Positions 8,574-17,331 of a stretch of 64,000 nucleotides of DNA are shown here, in pieces. The number at the start of each line of letters is the position of its first letter. Positions within the stretch are counted from its first letter, which is position 1. A program made the translations under genes and the position numbers. Where the stretch lies: positions 160,001-224,000 of the forward strand of contig CBDDBZ010000034.1 in assembly GCA_965225945.1 (NCBI GenBank), read 5' to 3'. The notes beneath the pieces were generated by a model. That model was not told the origin of the DNA. It saw nothing but the letters and a program-made list of their open reading frames with translations, and made no database searches. This stretch comes from Alphaproteobacteria bacterium. Lineage in GTDB: Bacteria; Pseudomonadota; Alphaproteobacteria; GCA-2731375.

Positions 8574-9796
8574 CACAGTACACGACTCGTTCATGTTGGC
8601 TTTGGCCTGGGCACCTGGACTGGTGGTTTTCCGGGGACGAGGAAACGAATCAGCTCAATGGCTTGACGCCTGTCGATAGGATTGACGAGCTGTCGCCTTA
8701 TCCACTCGAAACCGTATCGGAAGATGGATTTTGCCATCCTTTTGTGGGTTTTGAGGCGGATCGGCTCGGCCTCGTGGAGCCAATCGCCGACTTTGTGCGC
8801 CCAGCAGAAGGTGATGGAAAGGACGGCGGTGAGCTTGGAGATGCGCTCCGGGTCGGTCATGTGGGTGTCTTCGAGGTTGAAGCCACGGGTTTTCAAGGCG
8901 GCGAAGAGGGTCTCGATTTGCCAGCGCTGGGCGTAGATGGCCAAGGCCTCCTCGGGCGCGTCGTTGGTCACGACGATCAACAGTTCGCCGGTCTTGAGAT
9001 GGAGCGCGGCGACGAAGACGGGCCTGGCCTTGGGTTTTCTGGCCTCCGAGAGGCGCCTGGCGTTGGAGAGGATGCGGCTTTCCCCGGGTTTGAGGTCGCG
9101 AAACAGCTCCCTCGCCTTGACCATGCGACCACGCGTGTTGGCGATCTTGATGTTGGATCGGATGCGGATGTGAAAGGGGATGGCCTTTTCCTGCAACCAT
9201 GCCAGCCAGGCGTCGCCGATGAATTCCCGGTCGGCCAGGAGGCTGGCGATCTTGTCGACCCCGAAGAGCCGGAGGACGTGTTCGAGGATCGCGATCCGCT
9301 CCTTGGTATTGGAATTGCCCGCCTTGTCGAGCACCCGCCAGCACACGGGAATGGCGATGGCGCGGTTGACGATGCCGATCATCAAGATGTTGACGTCGCG
9401 GCGACCCAGCCGCCAGTTGGTCCGGTCCATGGTCAGCCGCCACGGCCCCGCCTGGAGCCCCATCATCGCGACCAGGAACTCGGCGAGGCGATCGTAATCG
9501 AAATCGACTTGCTCGAAAAACCGTTGCAGGCGCCGATAGTTGGAGCTGGATCGCGCGCGCCCCGGAAAGTGGCAGGCCAAGTGAGAGAGGTTCACCGTCC
9601 GGGCGACGAACACGCCGAAGACCAAGACGCAAAGGCTCTCCAGACGGCTCTTGCGAAAGGCGAAGCCGCATCGTAGCGTCTCACGCAGGGCGTTGATCGG
9701 GTTGTCTCGCATGATTTCCCTCTTGACTCGTCGTGGAGTGAATCGGGAATCCTACAACCTTTTCAACGTCCTACGTAAATGCCGTCGTGTACCATG
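8574..9796 (-). mobile_element. IS4-family insertion sequence (1223 bp), 9-bp target duplication
   Basis: TIRs cacagtacacgac / catggtacacgac; direct repeat ccacccgcc at 8565-8573 and 9797-9805. Confidence 0.92.
8591..9712 (-). CDS. IS4-family DDE transposase
   Basis: MDRTNW, ADREF and YAQRWQIETLFAALK (YREK signature). Confidence 0.93.
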   Translation of the reverse strand: MRDNPINALRETLRCGFAFRKSRLESLCVLVFGVFVARTVNLSHLACHFPGRARSSSNYRRLQRFFEQVDFDYDRLAEFLVAMMGLQAGPWRLTMDRTNWRLGRRDVNILMIGIVNRAIAIPVCWRVLDKAGNSNTKERIAILEHVLRLFGVDKIASLLADREFIGDAWLAWLQEKAIPFHIRIRSNIKIANTRGRMVKARELFRDLKPGESRILSNARRLSEARKPKARPVFVAALHLKTGELLIVVTNDAPEEALAIYAQRWQIETLFAALKTRGFNLEDTHMTDPERISKLTAVLSITFCWAHKVGDWLHEAEPIRLKTHKRMAKSIFRYGFEWIRRQLVNPIDRRQAIELIRFLVPGKPPVQVPRPKPT

Positions 9797-9952
9797 CCAC
9801 CCGCCATAAATTGCGACTGGTGTGACGCGACGCTCGAGCCGACCGGGGAATATATCGAATCCCGATTTGGCCGTGCCCTTCATCGGCGCCGGCTTTTGTT
9901 ATGGCCGCGAACGCGCTATCCTCATGGCGATGAAAAGACGTGAAGATAGCCG

Positions 9953-10141
9953 ATGCTGAAGGAACGACAGGCGCGAGAGCACGTCCGCGCGGCCTGGGCC
10001 GATTGGGATGGCAAATCCGGCGCGCCTTCCGACAAGAGCGCCTTCTACGAGTGGCTGACCGAGAACCGACCGCATCTGCTGCACTTCAAGGCGGCGGTCG
10101 ACAAGCGAACGCTCGTCCTCACCTGGCTGACGAGCCGCTAG
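9953..10141 (+). CDS. Small hypothetical protein (62 aa)
   Basis: Protein-like composition and host-like codon usage in an otherwise empty gap. Confidence 0.6.
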   Translation: MLKERQAREHVRAAWADWDGKSGAPSDKSAFYEWLTENRPHLLHFKAAVDKRTLVLTWLTSR

Positions 10142-10204
10142 CCGGCTAATCTCGCATCGTTGCGGCCTCGGCCGACAGCGAGCCGACGATTCGGGAGGTG
10201 CGGC

Positions 10205-11530
10205 ATGGCGCGGCAGCGACGGAAAATTCATTTCGCCCAGTTCCTGGTGCACGGACCGACCTATCACTCCCTGGCCATGTGGCGGCATCCCAAGACCGCC
10301 GAGGCCGGCTACGATTGGACCCGGCCGGAACTCTACCAGCACATCGCCCGGGTTTGCGAGCGCGGCCTCTTCGACATGGTCTTCTTCGCCGATCTCAACT
10401 ACGTCGCCGACACCTATCGCGGCTCGCTGGAGCCCTCGCTTCGCCATGCCACCCAGGTGCCGGAGCACGATCCGATCCCGCTGCTTTCCTACATGGCCGC
10501 CGCCACCAGCCGCATCGGCGTCGCGTCGACCTTCTCCGTCAGCCACCACCATCCCTTCTACGCCGCCCGGCTCTGGGCCAGCCTCGACCATCTGACCGGC
10601 GGGCGGGCCGCCTGGAACGTGGTGACCTCGATCAACAGCAACCAGGCGGCCAATCACGGCGAGGAGAGGGCCCCGACCGACCAGCGTTACGAGCGCGCCT
10701 TCGAATTTCTGGAGGTCTGCCGCAAGCTCTGGGAGAGCTGGGACGAGGACGCCCTGGTGATGGACCGCGAGAAGGCGATATTCGTCGATGCGAGCAAGGT
10801 GCGTCGGATCGAGCACGAAGGGCGGTTCTTCAAGTCGCGCGGACCGTTGAACGTCGTGCGTTCGCCGCACGGCGGCCCCGCCATCCTGCAGGCCGGCACC
10901 TCGCCCAAGGGCCGCGACTTCGCCGCCCGGCACGCCGACGGCATTTTCTCGATCCAGCCTCGGGCGGAGGACGCGGCGGCATATTTCGCCGACATCAAGC
11001 GACGCATGGCGGATTATGGGCGGGCACCGGAGGAATGTCGCATTCTGTTCGGCGCGCAGCCGATCATCGGGACGAGCGAGGAGGAGGCACGGGAGAAGCA
11101 AGCCTTTCACAACGCGTTGGTGCCGCACGAGGGCGCCATGGCGATCCTCTCGGCGCATCTCGACTTCGATCTATCGGCTCTCCCCGAGGACGCCCTGATG
11201 GCGGAGCGGGAGGAACCGGAGCTGCAACGGCTCAGGACCCGCTATCTCAAGCCCAATGGCGCCTCGATGACGGCGCGGGAAGTCGCGATGCGCCATGGCC
11301 AGAGCGTCGGCCTGCCGCAGTTCGTCGGCACGCCCGAGAGCGTCGCCGATCAACTCGAGGCCTTCATGGAGACCGCCGGCGGCGACGGCTTCATGCTCTC
11401 GCCGATCTACTGCCCGGGCGCGATCGAGGAGTTCGTCGACCAAGTGGTGCCGGAGTTGCAACGCCGGGGTCTCTATCGGAGCGAATATCGCGGCCGCACC
11501 CAGCGCGACCACCTGCGCCAGGAGGACTGA
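10205..11530 (+). CDS. NtaA/DmoA (SnaA/DszA)-family FMN-dependent monooxygenase
   Basis: AMWRHP, ERGLFDMVFFAD, LDHLTGGRAAWNVVTS, QAGTSPKGRDFAARHAD, VVPELQRRGL; GGAGG RBS. Confidence 0.93.
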   Translation: MARQRRKIHFAQFLVHGPTYHSLAMWRHPKTAEAGYDWTRPELYQHIARVCERGLFDMVFFADLNYVADTYRGSLEPSLRHATQVPEHDPIPLLSYMAAATSRIGVASTFSVSHHHPFYAARLWASLDHLTGGRAAWNVVTSINSNQAANHGEERAPTDQRYERAFEFLEVCRKLWESWDEDALVMDREKAIFVDASKVRRIEHEGRFFKSRGPLNVVRSPHGGPAILQAGTSPKGRDFAARHADGIFSIQPRAEDAAAYFADIKRRMADYGRAPEECRILFGAQPIIGTSEEEAREKQAFHNALVPHEGAMAILSAHLDFDLSALPEDALMAEREEPELQRLRTRYLKPNGASMTAREVAMRHGQSVGLPQFVGTPESVADQLEAFMETAGGDGFMLSPIYCPGAIEEFVDQVVPELQRRGLYRSEYRGRTQRDHLRQED

Positions 11531-11558
11531 TCGCGATCGACACCGACCTCGACCGCGC

Positions 11559-12452
11559 TCAGTGCACGATATCGGTGCCCAGCAGCTCCGTCCGCTGCAT
11601 CACCCGGCGGTGGCGCCGCGCGTCGTAATCCGTCACCCGGTGCATGGTCGCCCGGTTGTCCCACATCACGACGTCGCCCTTCTCCCACTTGTGGCGGTAG
11701 ACGAAGTCGTCCCGGATGGCATGCTCCATCAGCTGCCCGTGGTACGCCCGACCTTCCTCCAGCGCCATGCCACCGACGTAGTAGGCGACGTTCTCGGTGA
11801 CGTAGAGGGACTTGCGGCCGTCCGGGTGGGTCCGAACCAGGGGGTGGGTCACCGGCGGCAGATCGCGTTTCTGTTTCTCCGTCGTCGGCGTCAGTCCGGG
11901 GCAGAGCACGCGGGTGAACTCGTGATTGTGCACCATGTGGCGGCCGTCGATCGTCCGCTTCATATCGTCGGGCAGGGCCTCGTAGGCGGCGAACATGTTG
12001 GCGAACCAGGTCTCGCCGCCCTCGGGCGGGACCTCGCGGCCGTGCAGGATGGAGCCCAGGCTCGGCATCGCCTTGTAGGAGCCGTCGGTATGCCAGAGCG
12101 CCGTCAGGGTCGCGAAATAGCGCCTGAGTTCGTGATCGACCTCCAGAATGTTGCCGTCCTCGTCGACGTTGGCGATACGCAGGATCTCCGGCACCTTGGT
12201 CGAAATCTTCTCGGCATCCTGATGGATCGCCAGCTCGCCGAAGTTGCGACTGAAGGCGACCTGCTCCGCCTCGCTCAAGTCCTGCTCGGGAAACACCAGG
12301 ACCAGGTTCTCGGCCCAGACGGCCTTCAGCGCCTCGACCGTCGCGGTATCGAGGGGCTGGCGAAGATCGAGGCCTCGGACTTCGGCGCCGATTGCGGGAT
12401 GGCGCTTGGCGATGGTGAAGGGCGCGGACGATTCGAGGGACGCGACGACCAT
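11559..12452 (-). CDS. TauD/TfdA-family Fe(II)/2-oxoglutarate dioxygenase
   Basis: IGAEVRGLDL, WHTDGSY, HPLVRTHP, WDNRATMHR; GGAGG RBS. Confidence 0.93.
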   Translation of the reverse strand: MVVASLESSAPFTIAKRHPAIGAEVRGLDLRQPLDTATVEALKAVWAENLVLVFPEQDLSEAEQVAFSRNFGELAIHQDAEKISTKVPEILRIANVDEDGNILEVDHELRRYFATLTALWHTDGSYKAMPSLGSILHGREVPPEGGETWFANMFAAYEALPDDMKRTIDGRHMVHNHEFTRVLCPGLTPTTEKQKRDLPPVTHPLVRTHPDGRKSLYVTENVAYYVGGMALEEGRAYHGQLMEHAIRDDFVYRHKWEKGDVVMWDNRATMHRVTDYDARRHRRVMQRTELLGTDIVH

Positions 12453-12552
12453 GAGGGATCCTCCCGTTGCGGAGCCTGCCGGGCCGATTGGAAGAGGGAT
12501 GGTCGCACGCCCGCCCCCATGCCTCAAGCGGTGTCTCGAGCGGCGCGCTGTA

Positions 12553-12845
12553 GCCAGCGGAGGCGAAAAAGCGGTCATTCTACTTTTTCGCCTCCGCTGG
12601 CGCTGGCGACACGAACCACGACGAGGCGCGCCGCGGCGACCGATAAAGTAGAATGACCCCTTTTCCCTCGGATCGTGCTACGCGACCCGGTCACGCAACG
12701 ATCCGCGGAGGGGACGCCATGACCACCGGCGACATCCTGCTGCGAGAAAGGGGTCATTCTACTTTTCCGCCTCCGCTAGCGCTGGCGACACGAACCACGA
12801 CGAGGCCCGCCGCAGCGATCGATAAAGTAGAATGACCCCTTTTCC
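12553..12845. repeat. Two ~100-bp direct-repeat units with internal inverted ends (REP/MITE-like) plus an overlapping 19-bp palindrome
   Basis: Units ~12566-12666 and 12746-12845, each ggtcattctacttt...aaagtagaatgacc; IR gccagcggaggcgaaaaag 12553-12571 / 12583-12601. Confidence 0.88.
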
Positions 12846-12857
12846 TTCTGGGGCCTT

Positions 12858-12954
12858 CTAATATCACGGGCGAAGTCGGGGGAAGAACAGACGTGGTCGG
12901 ACCGAACACGAACGGGGCCCCGTCCTTGGGCCAGGCCGTGTCCTCGGCACGGCC
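12858..12954. repeat. Dispersed ~95-bp intergenic repeat, copy 2
   Basis: Aligns to 3214-3309. Confidence 0.75.
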
Positions 12955-13022
12955 AGGCGGCCGAGGCGGTCGCCGCCGGCATCCGACCTTGCTGAACGGG
13001 CGCTTCCCGGGGCGCGAATAAT

Positions 13023-13862
13023 CTAGGAATCAGGAAAGCCCGCCAGGCAGCGGACGGTGGCGGGGCTCTCGCCCGCCTCGCGCAGGTGGCGGAGGGTGCG
13101 GGAGGCATGCCGCTTGGCCAAGCGCCGCCCGTCCTCGTCGACGATCAGGCCGTGATGGTGATATTCGGGCAGGTCCAGATCCAACAGCGCCTGCAGCAGC
13201 CGGTGGACGTCCGTCGCGTCCAAGAGATCCTCGCCCCGGGTCACCAAATCGACGCCCTGCAGGTGATCGTCGACCACGACGGCCAGATGGTAGCTCGTGG
13301 GGCTGTCCTTGCGGGCGAGGACGACGTCGCCCAGCCGCTCCGGCCGCGCCTCCCGGCGGCCTCGGCCCCGATCGTGCCAGGCGAGCGGCCCGCCCGCCCT
13401 CGCCCTTGCCCGCGCCATATCGAGGCGGAGCGCGAAGCTCCGTCCCTCGGCCAAGCGCCGGGCCCGCGCCTGCCGGGAGAGCCCCAGGCAGGTTCCGGGA
13501 TAGAGTGGCCCCTCCGGCCCGTGCGGTGCCGTGGGGCTTCGGGCGATCTCCTCGCGGATCTCGCGCCGGGTGCAGAAGCAGGGGTAGATCAGCCCCGCCG
13601 CCTCCAGCCGGTCGAGTGCGGCACGGTAGTCGCCGATATGCTCCGATTGGCGGCGCACCGGGGTAACCCAATCGAGCCCGAGCCAGGCGAGATCCCCCAC
13701 AATCGCCGCCTCGAACTCAGGCCTGGCGCGGCCCTCGTCGATGTCCTCGATCCTGAGCAGGAAGCGCCCGCCCTCGGCCGCCCGCGCGGCAAAGAGCGCC
13801 GCGTGGGCATGGCCCAGATGCAGCAGGCCGTTCGGACTTGGCGCGAAGCGGGTGACGATCAT
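13023..13862 (-). CDS. gluQ: Glutamyl-Q tRNA(Asp) synthetase
   Basis: RFAPSPNGLLHLGH, RIEDID, YPCFCTR, SYHLAVVVDD, RLAKR; short, no anticodon domain. Confidence 0.92.
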   Translation of the reverse strand: MIVTRFAPSPNGLLHLGHAHAALFAARAAEGGRFLLRIEDIDEGRARPEFEAAIVGDLAWLGLDWVTPVRRQSEHIGDYRAALDRLEAAGLIYPCFCTRREIREEIARSPTAPHGPEGPLYPGTCLGLSRQARARRLAEGRSFALRLDMARARARAGGPLAWHDRGRGRREARPERLGDVVLARKDSPTSYHLAVVVDDHLQGVDLVTRGEDLLDATDVHRLLQALLDLDLPEYHHHGLIVDEDGRRLAKRHASRTLRHLREAGESPATVRCLAGFPDS

Positions 13863-13917
13863 AGCATCCGTCGTGCTTTCATGGCAGCGAAATGTCGATC
13901 ACGAGGAGGCGCGAGGC

Positions 13918-14817
13918 ATGACGGAACCCTACCAGATCCTGGTGGCGGGAAGCGGGGTGATGGGCCGGGGCATCGCGCTTTCCTTCGCCCGGACGGGACA
14001 TCGAACGGCGGTGTTGAGCCGGGATCCGGCCGGCGTGGCCGAGATCGGCGAGGGCGTCGAGGTGGTGGGCGAGCCGCCGGCGGAGGCGCCGGAGTTGATC
14101 ATCGAATCGCTGCCCGAGGTGGAGGCGCTGAAGCGGGAGTTCTATTCTCGCCTCGAGGCGGCTTACGGCGGCGCGGCGATCCTCGCCTCCAACACGTCCG
14201 GCCTCTCGCTGCCGGAGCTGGCGCGCGATTTGCGCCACCCGGAAAAATTCCTCGCCATCCACTACTTCCAGCCGGCCGACTGGGCGCCGATGGTGGAGGT
14301 GGCGCGGATCGAGGCGACGGCGCCGGCAGTGCTCGCGCGGGCCGACGCGCTGGTCCGGGCCAGCGGCAAGATGACCGTGGTGCTGCAGAATCCGGTGCCG
14401 GGCCTGTTGATCAACCGCCTGCAGCACGCCCTGCTGCACGAGGCCTATCATCTGATCTCGGCGGGCATCTGCAGCGCCGCCGATGTCGACCGCGCGGCGC
14501 GTCACCTGTTGGGCCCCCGGATGTCGGTCACCGGCCTGATCGAGCAGAAGGATCTCTCCGGCCTCGATACCCACGCGCTGGCCCAGGCGGCGATCGTGCC
14601 GCATCTCCACTTGCGCGCCGAGCCCAACGAGGTGGTGCAGGCGAAGCACCGCGAGGGCCGCCTCGGCATCAAGACCGGCACCGGCTTCTACGACTGGCGG
14701 GCGATGGACGTGCCGGCCTATCAGAAGGCGAGCGCGGCGCTGCTCGCACGAGTACTGGACGCGTTGGAGGGTCGGCGCCCATCGCCGCCACCGCTCAGTT
14801 CCGATGACGACGGCTGA
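13918..14817 (+). CDS. 3-hydroxyacyl-CoA dehydrogenase family protein
   Basis: GSGVMGRGIA, ESLPE, ASNTSGL, HYFQP, NRLQHALLHEA, GIKTGTGFYDW. Confidence 0.9.
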   Translation: MTEPYQILVAGSGVMGRGIALSFARTGHRTAVLSRDPAGVAEIGEGVEVVGEPPAEAPELIIESLPEVEALKREFYSRLEAAYGGAAILASNTSGLSLPELARDLRHPEKFLAIHYFQPADWAPMVEVARIEATAPAVLARADALVRASGKMTVVLQNPVPGLLINRLQHALLHEAYHLISAGICSAADVDRAARHLLGPRMSVTGLIEQKDLSGLDTHALAQAAIVPHLHLRAEPNEVVQAKHREGRLGIKTGTGFYDWRAMDVPAYQKASAALLARVLDALEGRRPSPPPLSSDDDG

Positions 14818-15472
14818 GGGGGAGGCCGGACGCCGGGCCGAGGCGCGCGCTCGCCGCCGTCTCTTGGCCGGCGTCCGCGCGCTCGGCGAGATCGACCCCG
14901 ACTTGGGCGCGATCCGCGAAGCCCATGGCGTGCCGCCGACCCGCCTGCGCCCGCCGGGCTTTTCGACGCTGTTGGGAATCATCACCCAGCAGCAGCTCTC
15001 GCTGGCCTCGGGTCGGGCGATCTGGGGCCGGCTGGAAGCGGGGCTCGGCCGGGTGACCGCAGACGTGGTCCTGGCCCGCGATATCGAGAATTTGCGGAGT
15101 TACGGGCTCAGCGGGGCGAAGGCGCGTTATGCCCGGGCCTTGGCCGAGGCGGTGGCGAGCGGCGGGCTCGATTTCGATGCCCTGGCGGCGCTGGACGACG
15201 AGGCGGCGATTCGCGCGTTAACGCGCGTGAAGGGCATCGGCCGCTGGACGGCGGAGATCTATCTCTTGGCGGTGTTGCAGCGCGCCGATGTCTTTCCGGC
15301 GGCGGACGTCGCCTTGATGGCGGCGGCGCAGCAGGTGAAGCGGCTGCCGGTCCGCCCCGACGCGCGAGAATTGGCCCGGCTGGCCGAGGCCTGGCGTCCC
15401 TGGCGCGCCATCGCGGCCCGCCTCCTCTGGCACCACTACCGCCACGCCCAGGGAAGAGAGGCGGGGATGTGA
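14804..15472 (+). CDS. DNA-3-methyladenine glycosylase II (AlkA-like, HhH-GPD)
   Basis: QQQLS, VKGIGRWTAEIYLL, DVFPAAD, WRPWR. Confidence 0.9.
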   Translation: MTTAEGEAGRRAEARARRRLLAGVRALGEIDPDLGAIREAHGVPPTRLRPPGFSTLLGIITQQQLSLASGRAIWGRLEAGLGRVTADVVLARDIENLRSYGLSGAKARYARALAEAVASGGLDFDALAALDDEAAIRALTRVKGIGRWTAEIYLLAVLQRADVFPAADVALMAAAQQVKRLPVRPDARELARLAEAWRPWRAIAARLLWHHYRHAQGREAGM

Positions 15473-15725
15473 TGGCGATGTTCGCCTTTCCACGGGCAAA
15501 GCACGATCCGCGATCTCGCCGGGCCCGAGACCGGTTCGGCGGGGCGCGCGGGCCGGCCGGCGGGGCGAAATTTCTGCACGAAAGGCGTTGCGATACCGAC
15601 CCGGCCCGTGAAATGGTGGAACACGGCGCAAGGCCGTGATTCGATCGGGCCGGCCGGCGGCGCCGAGGACGGTATTGTCCCCGGCGCCGCCGGTCGCCGA
15701 TCATCCTCGAACCCCGAAGGAACGA

Positions 15726-15935
15726 ATGGCACGCAAACCCAACTACAGATTCGAACGCCAAGAGCGCGAACGACGCAAGGCCGCCAAGAAGGCGGCGAAA
15801 GCCCAGGCGAAGGCCGATAAAGCGGGTGAGGCTGGGCTGGAGGCGGAGGCCGCCGGGCCGGAGGACGAGGTTGCCGCCACCGACGAGGTTGCCGCCACCG
15901 AGGCGCCGGAGCATCCGACGACCGACGGCGCGTGA
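15726..15935 (+). CDS. Small basic/acidic hypothetical protein
   Basis: MARKPNYRFERQERERRKAAKK after an AAGGA RBS; in-frame 18-bp tandem repeat (DEVAAT x2, 15864-15899). Confidence 0.75.
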   Translation: MARKPNYRFERQERERRKAAKKAAKAQAKADKAGEAGLEAEAAGPEDEVAATDEVAATEAPEHPTTDGA

Positions 15936-15947
15936 GCGGACGATGCC

Positions 15948-17120
15948 CTAGCCCCGGGGCGGCACCGGCGTGGTCTCCACCAGGTGCCGGCCGATGATGT
16001 TGCGCTGGATCTGGTTGGTGCCCTCGATGATCTGCAACACCTTGGCGTCGCGGAAATAGCGTTCGACGGGATTATCGCGGCTCACTCCCTGGCTGCCCCA
16101 GAGCTGCACCGCGTCGGTCGCCACGCGCATGGCGACGTCGGTGGCGAAGCATTTGGCCATCGCCGCGTGCGGCGCCAGTTCCCGGCCACCGACGCCGCGA
16201 TCCACCATCGCCGCCGTGGCGTACACCATCTGGCGGGCCGCCGCCACGCCCATTCCCATGTCCGCCAACATCCAGCGCACGCCCTGGAAGTCGGCGATCG
16301 GGCGGCCGAAGGCCTCGCGCTCGCGGACGTAATCGACGGCGAGATCGAGCGCGCCTTGCGCCAGGCCGACGCCGCGCGCGCCCATGATCGGGCGGGCCTT
16401 GTTGAAGGCCTCCATGATGGTGCGGAAGCCGGCGCCTTCCTCGCCGAGGCGATTCTCGAGGGGCACGAAGGCGCCGTCGAAACGCAACTCGCAGCTCGGC
16501 ACGCCCCGGGCGCCGAGCTTGTCTTCCTCCCGGCCGATCTCGAAGCCGGGCGTCTCGCGGTCGAGCAGAAAGGCGGTGATGCCGCCATGGCGCGCGCTTC
16601 GGTCGGTCTTGGCGGCGACGATGAAGACGTCGGCGACGGTGGCGTTGGTGCAGAAGATCTTGGCGCCGGTGAGCCGATAGCCACCCTCGACCGCGTCGGC
16701 CCGGGTGGTGATGCCGGCGACATCGGAACCGGCGCCCGGCTCGGTCACCGAGATCGAGGCACGGAGTTCGCCCGAGACCAGCCCCGGCAGCAGCCGCGCC
16801 TTCTGGCCCGCGTCGCCGCCGTGCAGGATGGCGCCCAAGGTCGACCACTGCACCACCAGCAGATAGGCGGTGTTGTAGCAGACCCGGTTCAGCTCCTCGA
16901 TGGCGAGGCAGGCGGCGAGAATGCTGTCGGTGCCGCCGTGCTCTTCCGGGAAGGGCAGCGCGAAGAGCCCTTGTTCGCGCTGCAGGTCGAACATGTCCTG
17001 GGGATAGGCCGCGTCCCTATCGATCGCCGCCGCCCGGGGCGCCACCTTGTCGCGGGCCAGCGCCCGAATGGTATCGCGCAGCAGCACCTGCTCCGCCGTC
17101 AGCTCGAATTGGCCGTCCAC
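15948..17120 (-). CDS. Acyl-CoA dehydrogenase
   Basis: TEPGAGSD, KLGARG, REAFGRPIADFQ, ERYFRDAKVLQIIEGTNQIQR; GTG start after GGAGG. Confidence 0.94.
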   Translation of the reverse strand: MDGQFELTAEQVLLRDTIRALARDKVAPRAAAIDRDAAYPQDMFDLQREQGLFALPFPEEHGGTDSILAACLAIEELNRVCYNTAYLLVVQWSTLGAILHGGDAGQKARLLPGLVSGELRASISVTEPGAGSDVAGITTRADAVEGGYRLTGAKIFCTNATVADVFIVAAKTDRSARHGGITAFLLDRETPGFEIGREEDKLGARGVPSCELRFDGAFVPLENRLGEEGAGFRTIMEAFNKARPIMGARGVGLAQGALDLAVDYVREREAFGRPIADFQGVRWMLADMGMGVAAARQMVYATAAMVDRGVGGRELAPHAAMAKCFATDVAMRVATDAVQLWGSQGVSRDNPVERYFRDAKVLQIIEGTNQIQRNIIGRHLVETTPVPPRG

Positions 17121-17331
17121 GAAGTTCCTCCCCGCGCCTTGGATCGACGGCGCGGAGTGTGACCCGAGCCGACGGCGCGGGGCAAGCAGGGCCCCCGCCA
17201 TACCAGCCGCCCCAACGGGCGATTCCCAACGATGCGTTTAGCTGCTTTCCGGACGCGGGCGGGGCGGTCAAGACTTCCGTCGGTTGGTATGAATAGATGA
17301 CGTTTGGAGGCGCGGCGGGCCCGGGCGTTCA

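Noticed and set aside
12566-12845. CRISPR array
   Set aside because: Repeats alternate in orientation, the interiors are duplicated rather than unique spacers, and there are no cas genes
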